Shown here in pieces: positions 1-9,017 of a stretch of 64,000 nucleotides of DNA. The stretch covers positions 4,726-68,725 of the forward strand of contig JAFWNQ010000004.1 in NCBI GenBank assembly GCA_017510245.1. The letters run 5' to 3'. A program made the position numbers and the translations under genes. Positions within the stretch are counted from its first letter, which is position 1; every line of letters starts with the position of its first letter. The stretch comes from Clostridia bacterium. GTDB lineage: Bacteria > Bacillota > Clostridia > TANB77 > CAG-508. The notes beneath the pieces were generated by a model. That model worked only from the letters and a program-made list of their open reading frames with translations, was not told where the DNA came from and made no database searches.

Positions 1-1
1 T

Positions 2-100
2 GAAATACAAAATAATGGTGAACTTGATTATGAAATAGAAAAAGAATCATTAAAAGCTACAAAAGAGTTTATAGAAAATAAGAATAATATTATTAAATAA
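2..100 (+). CDS. 3' end of an unidentified upstream gene (partial, runs off the window start)
   Basis: Open frame from position 2 to TAA at 98-100 (...EIQNNGELDYEIEKESLKATKEFIENKNNIIK*), followed by a hairpin and T-tract. Too short to identify. Confidence 0.4.
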   Translation, partial: EIQNNGELDYEIEKESLKATKEFIENKNNIIK

Positions 101-117
101 TATCAAAAAAATGTTTT

Positions 118-145
118 AAAGTCTTGATTTCTCAAGGCTTTTTTG
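118..145 (+). terminator. Rho-independent terminator of the upstream gene
   Basis: AAAGTCTTGA-tttc-TCAAGGCTTT stem followed by a T run. Confidence 0.6.
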
Positions 146-152
146 TTATAAT
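124..152 (+). promoter_or_regulatory. SigA-type promoter of the rpsF-ssb-rpsR operon
   Basis: TTGATT (124-129), 17 nt spacer, TATAAT (147-152). It overlaps the preceding terminator. Confidence 0.6.
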
Positions 153-239
153 AGATACGTTAGAAAATAAGTTTTTACTTATTTTAAATCCTTGCTTACA
201 TAAATACAATGTAGGCTTTATCCAAGAGGAGGTGAAAAT

Positions 240-524
240 ATGAACAAATATGAAAGTGTTGTTATTATTAATCCAAATGTAGATGATGGAAAATTAAAAG
301 AATTAGAAAAAACATTTACAGATATGATTAATAAAGACGGAAAGTTCGAAAAAGTAGAGGAACTTGGTAAGAAAAAACTTGCTTACAAAGTTAAGAAAAA
401 TGATGAAGGAATATACATTGTTTTCTACTTCGAAGCTAATCCTACTCTAATTGCTGAATTAGAGAGAAACTACAGAATAACAGACGAAATTATTAAGTTT
501 ATTGTTATTAAAGTAGAAGAATAA
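240..524 (+). CDS. rpsF: 30S ribosomal protein S6
   Basis: 94 aa S6-like sequence (YESVVIINP...), GAGGAGG RBS, canonical rpsF-ssb-rpsR order. Confidence 0.95.
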   Translation: MNKYESVVIINPNVDDGKLKELEKTFTDMINKDGKFEKVEELGKKKLAYKVKKNDEGIYIVFYFEANPTLIAELERNYRITDEIIKFIVIKVEE

Positions 525-650
525 TTTTACAGTCAAATGGGGCATTAAAATTTGAAAAATAATTGCGTTTTGACAATAATAAATTTGTTTATTAAGTCAA
601 AATCAAATTCTTTTCCAAATGAATTAATATAGAAAAGGATGTGATTATAA

Positions 651-1091
651 ATGAACAAAGTAGTATTAATGGGAAGATTAACTAGAGATCCAGAAGTTAG
701 ATATACTCAAACTAATAATACATTAGTAGCTAATTTTTCTTTAGCAGTAAATAGAAGATTCACTAGAGAAGGAGATACACAAACAGCAGATTTTATTAAT
801 ATTATTGCTTGGAGCAAAACAGGTGAATTTGTTAGTAAGTATTTCAAAAAAGGCCAACAAGTTGGAGTTATTGGAAGAATACAAACAAGAAGTTGGGATG
901 ATCAATCTGGTCAAAAACGTTATGCAACTGAAGTTGTTGCAGAAGAAGTTTATTTTGCTGACAGCAAAAGAAATAATGATGACAGTGATAATTTCGATAA
1001 TACATTTGGAGCTGATAGCTCAATGGATGGAAGTCAAGGAAGTGATACATCAGATTTTGAAGTATCATCAGGTGATGATTTACCATTTTAA
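651..1091 (+). CDS. ssb: Single-stranded DNA-binding protein
   Basis: OB-fold N-terminus MNKVVLMGRLTRDPEVRYT, acidic C-terminal tip DDLPF, located between rpsF and rpsR. Confidence 0.95.
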   Translation: MNKVVLMGRLTRDPEVRYTQTNNTLVANFSLAVNRRFTREGDTQTADFINIIAWSKTGEFVSKYFKKGQQVGVIGRIQTRSWDDQSGQKRYATEVVAEEVYFADSKRNNDDSDNFDNTFGADSSMDGSQGSDTSDFEVSSGDDLPF

Positions 1092-1115
1092 TTTTTGATG
1101 ATGGGAGGGAAAACA

Positions 1116-1391
1116 ATGGCAGACAAGAAGAATAACAGACGTAATAGAAATAAAGATTACGATGACGATTATAAAATAAAGAGAATTAGAAAAAAGGTTT
1201 GTCCTTTATGTGCAGATAAAAATCTTGTTTTAGATTATAAAAATCCAGAACAATTAAAGAAATTTATTAATGAAAAGGGAAAAATCTTACCTAGAAGAAC
1301 AACAGGCGCTTGTGCTAAACATCAAAGAGATATTACTGCAACTATTAATAGATGTAGACACATTGCTATGTTACCATACTCTAAAGTTTAA
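1116..1391 (+). CDS. rpsR: 30S ribosomal protein S18
   Basis: S18 core (CPLCADK...LKKFINEKGKILPRRTTG.CAKHQR). Start moved from 1095 to ATG 1116, which follows GGGAGGG. Confidence 0.93.
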   Translation: MADKKNNRRNRNKDYDDDYKIKRIRKKVCPLCADKNLVLDYKNPEQLKKFINEKGKILPRRTTGACAKHQRDITATINRCRHIAMLPYSKV

Positions 1392-1405
1392 TAATTATTA
1401 TATAA

Positions 1406-1447
1406 AGCTAGAACAGTGTTTAATACATCAAGTTCTAGCTATTTTTA
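1406..1447 (+). terminator. Rho-independent terminator after rpsR
   Basis: AGCTAGAAC (1406-1414) pairs with GTTCTAGCT (1432-1440), then ATTTTTAT. Confidence 0.8.
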
Positions 1448-1480
1448 TATAATAGGAAAGTTCTACTTTCTTATTATATA
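1446..1480 (+). repeat. Palindromic intergenic element, copy A
   Basis: TATATAATAGGAAAG-TTCTA-CTTTCTTATTATATA: 15 bp stem with one G-T wobble. Near-identical copies lie at 56566-56600 and 33238-33271, and a degenerate copy at 10279-10310. Confidence 0.8.
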
Positions 1481-1553
1481 AAATCTCGATGCGACTAAAT
1501 TTCAATACATGAAATTTAGTACTGACGAACAATCTTTATTAGGAATAGGTTAG

Positions 1554-3560
1554 ATGAAGAATAAAAAAAGAAAGAAAAAGAATAGAAGAAAAACGAATAG
1601 ATTAGTAGTTTTGCCATTAATCATTTTAATTGTTGGCTTTTTATTTGGTGCATATATGTATTCAAACTATACAGAAGAGGCAAAGATAGTAAAGAATTAC
1701 TATGGATTATTATCAGAAAAAAGATATGAAGAAATGTATGACTTGGTTGAAACTGAACTATCAAAAGAAGAATTTGTGGATAGAGTAAAGAATATATATG
1801 AAGGAATAGAAGCAGAAGATATATCTATAAGAATTGTAAGTAATGTAATTGTGAGCAAAAATGAGGATGAAACCAATAATGAAGAAGAAATAAATAGTGA
1901 CGAAGTAGATATAAATTACAAATTATTTATGAATTCGATAGCAGGAAGTATTAGTTTTAATAATTCTGCAAAAGTAACTAAAAGGGACGGAAAGTATAAA
2001 ATAATGTGGAATTCATCAATGATTTATCCAAACTTAAAAGATGATGAAAAAGTTAGAGTGAGAATGATACAAAGCAAAAGAGGAACTATATATGATAGAA
2101 ATGGAAAAGCTTTAGCAAAAGACTCGAGCATATATGAAGTTGGAATTGTTCCTTCTAAACTAAATGAAAATACAGATATAGAAAAGATTGCTGAATTTCT
2201 AAACATACCTTCTAAGAGCATACAAGATAAAATAAAGAGCGTGGGAAATGAAAATGAACAGTTTATTGCTTTAAAGAGTATTTCAAAAGAAGAACAGGAA
2301 CTAAAGAATAATTTATTAAGAATTAAAGGAATAATAGTTGATGATAGACCTGCAAGAGTTTATCCATATAAAGAATCAGCATCGATTATGATAGGATATG
2401 TACAAGATAATCAAGGCGTCAGTGGACTAGAGGAAAGTTTAAATGATACATTAAAAGGAAAAGATGGAGCAGAAATATATATAGATACAAATGGAAAAAT
2501 AAAAGAAATAATCAGAAAAAAAGAAGAGATTGATGGAAATGATGTTAAACTAACAATAGATGCTGAAAAGCAAAAGTCAATATATGAAGAACTAAAAGAA
2601 GATAAAGGCTTAGTAGTAAGTATTAATTATAATACAGGAGAAATATTGTCATTGGTAAGTACACCGTCATATGATGCAAACAAGCTTATTATGGGGATAT
2701 CGGAAAAAGAATGGAATGAAATACAGAATAATGATGCTAATCCAATGTTTAATAGATATTTGTCAACATACGTCCCTGGATCAACTATAAAACCAATTAT
2801 AGGAGCTGTAGGTGTATCGAATAATGTATTTACAATAGAAGAAGATTTTGGAACAAGCGGAAAGAAGTGGCAACCTGATAGTAGCTGGAAAGATTTTTAT
2901 ATTACAACTTTAGAGCAATATAGTGAACCAGCAAATCTTGAAAATGCTTTGATATATTCTGATAATATATATTTTGCTAAAGCAGCATTAAAAATTGGAA
3001 AAAATAATATAGAAAAAGGTTTGAATAATTTTGGGTTTAACTCTAAAATTGATTTTATTCAGAATGTTGAAGATTCAACATATGGAAAACTTGATAATGA
3101 TAAAACTATAGCTACAACTGGCTTTGGACAAGCGAATGTGATGGTAAATCCAATTTTAATGGCTAGTATATATTCTTGTTTTGCTAATAGAGGTAATATG
3201 GTAAAACCATATATTTTGTATGAATCTGATGATGAAAATAAGACAAAATTATTTAAAGAAAATGTAATTACCGAAGAATTAGCAAATAAGATTAAAGAAT
3301 ATTTAATTGAAGTTGTAGAGAAAGGCTCAGGTAAAAGATGTAAAATAGATGGAAAGACAATTGCAGGAAAAACAGGAACAGCAGAAATAAAAACTAGTCA
3401 ATCAGATAAGAATGGAAAAGAAAATGGATGGTTTGATACATTTGATGAATATGGAAATCTATATATATGTATGATAGAAGATGTTAAAGACAGAGAGGGA
3501 AGCAAGTATATAGTGGAAAAAATGAGAAAAATATATGAAAGTTCCAATATAAATAAATAA
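1554..3560 (+). CDS. Class B penicillin-binding protein (transpeptidase) with an N-terminal MecA_N/NTF2-like domain
   Basis: SxxK (GSTIKP), SxN (YSDN) and KTG (GKTGTAE) motifs in the correct order. Basic N-terminus plus one TM. Confidence 0.88.
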   Translation: MKNKKRKKKNRRKTNRLVVLPLIILIVGFLFGAYMYSNYTEEAKIVKNYYGLLSEKRYEEMYDLVETELSKEEFVDRVKNIYEGIEAEDISIRIVSNVIVSKNEDETNNEEEINSDEVDINYKLFMNSIAGSISFNNSAKVTKRDGKYKIMWNSSMIYPNLKDDEKVRVRMIQSKRGTIYDRNGKALAKDSSIYEVGIVPSKLNENTDIEKIAEFLNIPSKSIQDKIKSVGNENEQFIALKSISKEEQELKNNLLRIKGIIVDDRPARVYPYKESASIMIGYVQDNQGVSGLEESLNDTLKGKDGAEIYIDTNGKIKEIIRKKEEIDGNDVKLTIDAEKQKSIYEELKEDKGLVVSINYNTGEILSLVSTPSYDANKLIMGISEKEWNEIQNNDANPMFNRYLSTYVPGSTIKPIIGAVGVSNNVFTIEEDFGTSGKKWQPDSSWKDFYITTLEQYSEPANLENALIYSDNIYFAKAALKIGKNNIEKGLNNFGFNSKIDFIQNVEDSTYGKLDNDKTIATTGFGQANVMVNPILMASIYSCFANRGNMVKPYILYESDDENKTKLFKENVITEELANKIKEYLIEVVEKGSGKRCKIDGKTIAGKTGTAEIKTSQSDKNGKENGWFDTFDEYGNLYICMIEDVKDREGSKYIVEKMRKIYESSNINK

Positions 3561-3570
3561 AATAATAAAT

Positions 3571-3605
3571 AAAAAAGAATTCTATAAAATAGAATTCTTT
3601 TTTTG
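3571..3605. terminator. Bidirectional terminator between convergent genes
   Basis: AAAAAAGAATTCTAT-aaa-ATAGAATTCTTTTTTT, with A and T runs on both sides. Confidence 0.8.
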
Positions 3606-3611
3606 TAACTT

Positions 3612-5141
3612 TTATCTACTTAATTTAATTGATTTTATTACTCCATAAGTTGTAACAGATAATCCAAATATAGTAGCAATTATTACTGACATCCATAAGT
3701 ATGAACCAGTTCTAGGAATTGGAGTTGGAGCAACTGTTGGGTCATCTTTCTTAACATCTGGTGCTGGTTCTGGTTCTGGTTCAGGCTCACCTTTTGTTAG
3801 TTTAACAGCAGGGCTTTTAGTACTTTCTTGAGGTGTTCCAGGCTTATCACCTTCTTTATAATCAATTGTAACTTTTTCGTTTGTAGGAAGGTTTAAGTCA
3901 ATGATTTCACCATCAAATGTATCTTTTAGAGATAATCTGTAAGTAAACTCTGTACTTTGTCCTGGCTTCAATTCTGGAATACTCCATGTAATAGATCTAT
4001 CACTTGTATCTATTGAATCAGATACTGTTCCAATTTGTGGTTCTGATAATTTTGAAAAGTCAAAATTGTCTACTATGTTTTGAGGGAAGAAGTCTTTAAT
4101 AACAACATCTGATAAAGTATATTTAGCAATTTCATCAACTGTAATTGTTTGTGTTGTTCTTAATGTTTCATAAATAGTATTTGATATAGTGTCTGTTACA
4201 CGAGTTCCATGAGCATAATAAACTGGACCAAATTTAGGATTTGTTGTTGTTCCAAAAATCTCTTCTGCAATTTGTTTATGAGTAATTTCATCAGTATATT
4301 TAGATACTGAGCTAGGAACTACATCAGATGTTCCATCTGAATAACTAACATCTGCTAAAACAGAAACAATATTAATTCCTTTATTTTTAATTGTAGTAAG
4401 TCTAGCGGTAGTTGCATTTGTAACTGCTGGTGAATATTCAAAAGAATTACCAGTAGCTTCTGAAACATTAGGAACACCATCAGTTAAAACTATTAAATAT
4501 TTTTTTGAATTAGAATCAGTTGATGCAGATAACATTGCATCTGCTGTTTTTAAACCAATATCAAGGTCTGTATAAGCACCCATTCCTTCATTACCAACTG
4601 ATGAAACAGCACTCTTTACAGTTGATTTGTCATTAACCATTCCTGATGTTAATGCTTTTGCATCATTATCAGTTCCAAGGACTGCATAAGATGTTTCAGT
4701 TCTTGTTGTTGAAGAGAATTCTACAACACCGATTTTTATATTACTATTTAAATCAAATAATTTATCAACTAGTTCATTTGTTGCATTTAATATTAAACTT
4801 CTTCTTGTCGTTGTACCAGTAACTATATCATTCATACTGTTAGAACTATCAACTAAAAGAACAACTTCTCCTGGTAATTCTCCAGTAGTAGTTTGCTCAC
4901 TAGTTGTAGATCCATTATATGTGTTTCTTGCTATTAATTTGATATCAATTGTTTTGTTTTCTTCATCAATTTGTACTAGTTTTTTCTCAAATTCGCCATA
5001 TTGACCAAATTTGATAATACATTCTTCTCGGCTTGCTACACTTAAGGTTACATCATCTTTGTTAGCTTCTGCTGCAAATACATAGCTTGCAAACATTAAT
5101 GTAGCAATAAGTACTGCAAAAATTTTAAAACATTTTTTCAT
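3612..5141 (-). CDS. Cell-wall-anchored von Willebrand factor A (vWA) domain surface protein
   Basis: Signal peptide; MIDAS motif DSSNSM; EPEPEPEPAP stalk; C-terminal sorting signal IPRTG plus a hydrophobic stretch plus KSIKLSR. Confidence 0.8.
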   Translation of the reverse strand: MKKCFKIFAVLIATLMFASYVFAAEANKDDVTLSVASREECIIKFGQYGEFEKKLVQIDEENKTIDIKLIARNTYNGSTTSEQTTTGELPGEVVLLVDSSNSMNDIVTGTTTRRSLILNATNELVDKLFDLNSNIKIGVVEFSSTTRTETSYAVLGTDNDAKALTSGMVNDKSTVKSAVSSVGNEGMGAYTDLDIGLKTADAMLSASTDSNSKKYLIVLTDGVPNVSEATGNSFEYSPAVTNATTARLTTIKNKGINIVSVLADVSYSDGTSDVVPSSVSKYTDEITHKQIAEEIFGTTTNPKFGPVYYAHGTRVTDTISNTIYETLRTTQTITVDEIAKYTLSDVVIKDFFPQNIVDNFDFSKLSEPQIGTVSDSIDTSDRSITWSIPELKPGQSTEFTYRLSLKDTFDGEIIDLNLPTNEKVTIDYKEGDKPGTPQESTKSPAVKLTKGEPEPEPEPAPDVKKDDPTVAPTPIPRTGSYLWMSVIIATIFGLSVTTYGVIKSIKLSR

Positions 5142-5376
5142 ACTAAATCTCCTTTTATATTATAGTATTTAACAAATTATTAAACATATACATTGTTTAT
5201 TATACCAAAAATTAGCTTAAAAATCAACAATTTTACATAAAAATTTCGTTACTTTTATATTACAAAAGCATTACATTTGTACTTTTATTTAAATTTAATG
5301 TTTTTTTCAGTTTTATATATGAAAAAAACGATTAATGTGATAAAATAAGGGTAAATATGGAAAGGAATAAAAAATA

Positions 5377-6213
5377 ATGGAATTAATTGATGGTAAAAAA
5401 TTATCAAAGAAAATAAGAAAAGAATTAGCAACAAAAGTTAAAGATAGTAATTTAAAACCAAACTTAGCTGTTATTTTATGTGGAGATGATGAAGCATCCA
5501 AAGTTTATGTAAGAATAAAAAGTAAAGCCTGTGAAGAGGTAGGAATTGATTTTGAAGAATACCATCTAAGCAATACTACAACACAGGATGAGTTAACAGA
5601 TCTAATTGATAAACTTAATGAAGATGAAAAAATAGATGGCATACTATTACAATTTCCACTACCAAAAGGACTTAACTATGATAGTGCAGCTGAAAGAATT
5701 TCTCCAGATAAAGATGTTGATGGCTTTAATCCATATAATGTTGGTAGATTAACTATTGGGAAGCCTAAGTTTATTCCTTGCACACCTTACGGCATTATGA
5801 AAATGTTTGAAGAATATAAAATTAAGCTTGAAGGAAAAAAAGTTGTTATAGTAGGAAGAAGTAATATAGTTGGAAAGCCTATGGCCCAGTGTTTATTATT
5901 AGAAAGTGCAACAGTAACAATTTGCCATTCAAAAACCAGAGATCTAAAAAAAGAATTAATAGATGCTGACATAATAATTGCTGCTGTTGGAAAAAGAAAT
6001 ATAATAAAAGCTGACATGGTAAAAGATGGAGCTATAGTTATAGATGTTGGAACAAATAGAGATGAAAATGGTAAACTTTGTGGAGACGTTGATTTTGAAA
6101 ATGTAAGTAGTAAAGCTTCATATATAACACCAAATCCAGGAGGAGTTGGACCAATGACAGTTGCAATGCTAATGAATAATGTTGTTTTAGCATGTGAAAG
6201 GCGAATGAAATAA
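5377..6213 (+). CDS. folD: Bifunctional methylenetetrahydrofolate dehydrogenase/cyclohydrolase
   Basis: 278 aa typical FolD (DGILLQFPLP, VVIVGRSNIVGKP, TPNPGGVGPMT). Confidence 0.93.
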   Translation: MELIDGKKLSKKIRKELATKVKDSNLKPNLAVILCGDDEASKVYVRIKSKACEEVGIDFEEYHLSNTTTQDELTDLIDKLNEDEKIDGILLQFPLPKGLNYDSAAERISPDKDVDGFNPYNVGRLTIGKPKFIPCTPYGIMKMFEEYKIKLEGKKVVIVGRSNIVGKPMAQCLLLESATVTICHSKTRDLKKELIDADIIIAAVGKRNIIKADMVKDGAIVIDVGTNRDENGKLCGDVDFENVSSKASYITPNPGGVGPMTVAMLMNNVVLACERRMK

Positions 6214-8433
6214 ATGGTTGCAGAAGTAATTATTAATAGTAGTGTAAAAGATTTAAACAAAACTTTTGATTATCAAATACCAAATGAGATGGATGTTCAC
6301 ATAGGAAGTAGAGTCTTTATTCCGTTTGGAAGAAAGAAGGATTTAGAAGAAGGAATTGTAATTGGGCTTAAAGAAAAATCACAATATGAAATAAAAGAAA
6401 TCGCAGGGCTTCAACCTGAACAAATAAGAAATGAATATGTTGAACTTGCAAAATGGATAGCTGATAGATATTTTTGTAATATCTCAGATTCGCTAAAGCT
6501 TATGTTGCCTCCTGGGAGAACCACTAAAAATGTAGATAAAAGAATTGAAACAAAAAAAATAAATTCCATAAGTTTAGCTAAGGATATTATAACAATAAAA
6601 AAAGATATTGAAGATGGAATAATAAAAACCAAAAAACAGATAGATGTATTAGAATTCTTAATGAGAAATGATAATAGTACAATGCAAGATATTGAACTAT
6701 TTACTGATGGAACAGTTGCAGTGGTTAATGCATTAGTAAAAAAGGGATATGTAGAAAAAAAAGCAAAAAAAGTTGAAAGAAATCCATTTTTACATAAGAT
6801 TACAAATAGAACAAGTAATTTAAAACTGAATGATGAACAACAAGTGGCATTTGAAAGCATCAAGGATAAAGGAAAGTATTTGATATATGGAGTCACAGGA
6901 TCTGGAAAGACTGAAATATATTTACAATTAATTGAAAGAAATCTAAAGAATAATAAGTCTAGTATAATGCTAATTCCAGAAATATCTCTTACACCTCAAA
7001 CAGTAGATAGATTTATTTCAAGATTTGGAGAAGATGAAATTGCAGTGTTGCATAGTAAACTTTCTACAGGAGAAAGATTTGATGCTTGGAATAGGATTAA
7101 AGATGGTAGAGCTAAAATAGTAATAGGTGCGCGATCAGCAATATTTGCACCTGCCGTTGACTTAGGAATGATAATAATTGATGAAGAACATGATGAATCA
7201 TACCAATCTGAATCAACTCCTAGATATGATGCTCTGGAAGTAGCAGATTTTTTAGCAAATAAATTTGAGATTCCACTCGTATTGGGAAGTGCTACTCCGG
7301 ATATGAAGAATTTTTATAAATCTAATAATGGAGAAATAAAAAAAATAACACTTACTGAAAGAGCTAATGAGAGTAAGTTACCTGATGTTGAGATAGTTGA
7401 CTTAAGAAATGAACTAGCTAATGGCAATAAAAGAATGCTTAGTGAAAGTTTGCAAAAAGCTATTTTTAATAATTTAAAAATAAATAAACAAACAATTTTA
7501 TTTTTAAACAGAAGAGGCTTCTCAACATTTGTAATGTGCAGAGATTGCGGTAATACTATAAAATGTAAAAGATGTAATATTACACTTACATATCATAAAG
7601 ACGAAGGAAAACTAAAATGCCATTATTGTGGACATGAAGAAAAAATAGCAACAGTATGTCCAGAATGTAAAAGCAAAAATATTAAATATTTTGGGGCGGG
7701 TACTCAAAGACTAGAAGCAGAGGTTAAGGAACTGTTTCCAGAAGCTTCAACTATTAGAATGGATATAGATACTGTATCTAAGAAGAATTCTCATGAAGAG
7801 ATAATTAACAGATTTAAAAATGAAAACATAAATATATTAGTAGGAACGCAAATGGTGGTTAAAGGACACCATTTCCCAAATGTTACGTTAGTTGGAGTTA
7901 TATCTGCAGATAGTAACTTGAATATGGGAGATTTTAGAGCAAGTGAAAAAACTTTTCAAACATTAACTCAGGTTGCAGGAAGAGCTGGAAGAGAAGGAGA
8001 TGATGGAAAGGTAATAATTCAAACTTATAATCCAGAGAATTATGCTATAGAATACTCAAAAACGCAGAATTATGATTTGTTTTATAATACGGAAATTCAA
8101 ATTAGAAAGCAGTTGAAATATCCGCCATTTTGCGATATAATAGTAGTTGCGATGTCATCAAAAGAAGAAACAGAATTAAATAAAGTGTCAAGAAAAATTC
8201 ATAAATATTTAAAACAAAGAGTAATAGATGAAAGATTTGGATTGTTATTGTATAGTCCAGTCCCATCGCCTATAAATAAAATAAAAGATAGGTATAGGGC
8301 AAGATTAATAATAAAGTGTAAGTATGACAAGAGAATACACGACTTACTAACTGATGCACAAAATGAATTTTACAAAATGAAAGTAAAAACAGCTAGGATG
8401 TCAATAGAATTAAATCCTAATAATATGTTGTAA
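6214..8433 (+). CDS. priA: Primosomal protein N' (replication restart helicase)
   Basis: Walker A GVTGSGKTE, DEEH box, Cys-rich zinc region (CRDCG...CKRC...CHYCG...CPEC). Confidence 0.93.
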   Translation: MVAEVIINSSVKDLNKTFDYQIPNEMDVHIGSRVFIPFGRKKDLEEGIVIGLKEKSQYEIKEIAGLQPEQIRNEYVELAKWIADRYFCNISDSLKLMLPPGRTTKNVDKRIETKKINSISLAKDIITIKKDIEDGIIKTKKQIDVLEFLMRNDNSTMQDIELFTDGTVAVVNALVKKGYVEKKAKKVERNPFLHKITNRTSNLKLNDEQQVAFESIKDKGKYLIYGVTGSGKTEIYLQLIERNLKNNKSSIMLIPEISLTPQTVDRFISRFGEDEIAVLHSKLSTGERFDAWNRIKDGRAKIVIGARSAIFAPAVDLGMIIIDEEHDESYQSESTPRYDALEVADFLANKFEIPLVLGSATPDMKNFYKSNNGEIKKITLTERANESKLPDVEIVDLRNELANGNKRMLSESLQKAIFNNLKINKQTILFLNRRGFSTFVMCRDCGNTIKCKRCNITLTYHKDEGKLKCHYCGHEEKIATVCPECKSKNIKYFGAGTQRLEAEVKELFPEASTIRMDIDTVSKKNSHEEIINRFKNENINILVGTQMVVKGHHFPNVTLVGVISADSNLNMGDFRASEKTFQTLTQVAGRAGREGDDGKVIIQTYNPENYAIEYSKTQNYDLFYNTEIQIRKQLKYPPFCDIIVVAMSSKEETELNKVSRKIHKYLKQRVIDERFGLLLYSPVPSPINKIKDRYRARLIIKCKYDKRIHDLLTDAQNEFYKMKVKTARMSIELNPNNML

Positions 8434-8498
8434 ATTCAATTAAGATTTTAAAAATTATAGTTGAAGAAGAATTAAACTTTGCAAGCAAGGAGGAAAAT

Positions 8499-8990
8499 GT
8501 GGCAATAAGAGAAATAAGAATATCAGGAGATGAAATATTAAAAAAAAGGTCAAGAGAAGTTGAAGTAGTTGATGATAGAATACGTGAAATTTTAAATGAT
8601 ATGGATGAAACTATGCATAGTGCAAATGGTGTTGGCTTATCAGCGGTACAAGTTGGAATACTAAAGAGGCTTGTTGTAGTTGATGTGAATTATGATGGTA
8701 GTCCTTCTTTAAAACTAGTAAATCCTGTGATTGTAAAACAAAAAGGTGAACAAGAAGTTGAAGAAGGATGCTTAAGTTTTCCAAATCAATTTGCAAAAGT
8801 TATAAGACCTAAAGAGGTAACAGTAAAAGCATTAGATGAAAATGGAAAGCCAATCACAATAAAGGGTAAAGATTTATTGGCACAATGCTTAGCTCATGAA
8901 ATAGATCATCTTGATGGAGTATTATTTGTTGAAAAAATGGAAGAGGGAACATTACAATATATAGACCCTGAAGAGGAAGAAAATAAATAA
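8499..8990 (+). CDS. def: Peptide deformylase
   Basis: GVGLSAVQVG, EGCLSFP and HEIDHLDG motifs. GTG start 5 nt after AAGGAGG. Confidence 0.93.
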   Translation: MAIREIRISGDEILKKRSREVEVVDDRIREILNDMDETMHSANGVGLSAVQVGILKRLVVVDVNYDGSPSLKLVNPVIVKQKGEQEVEEGCLSFPNQFAKVIRPKEVTVKALDENGKPITIKGKDLLAQCLAHEIDHLDGVLFVEKMEEGTLQYIDPEEEENK

Positions 8991-9017
8991 TACATATAAA
9001 AAGGAGAGTATTATTAT

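Noticed and set aside
805-1116. ORFs 805-1098 (+) and 868-1116 (-) overlapping ssb
   Set aside because: They are alternative-frame or antisense ORFs inside a clearly identified ssb gene. The translations are low-complexity with no RBS. The same reasoning applies to the many antisense or off-frame ORFs in the track: 1270-1452 (off-frame over the rpsR 3' end), 2024-2221, 5313-5501 (folD upstream region and start), 5787-6260, 6411-6896, 8611-8796, 10770-10970, 11900-12085, 12634-12873, 15513-15785, 16268-16624, 16485-16682, 18920-19126, 22753-22980, 23076-23384, 23117-23356, 23670-24101, 23821-24039, 24639-24998, 25530-25727, 26465-26734, 29296-29583, 30130-30387, 30586-30816, 32235-32480, 32650-32847, 35547-35765, 37134-37349, 38695-38913, 39199-39381, 40042-40254, 40610-40900, 42605-42847, 44734-44916, 45403-45591, 46672-46860, 48326-48562, 50536-50874, 51070-51252, 51621-51818, 53620-53802, 53814-54005, 57761-58075, 59736-59933 and 61526-61744.
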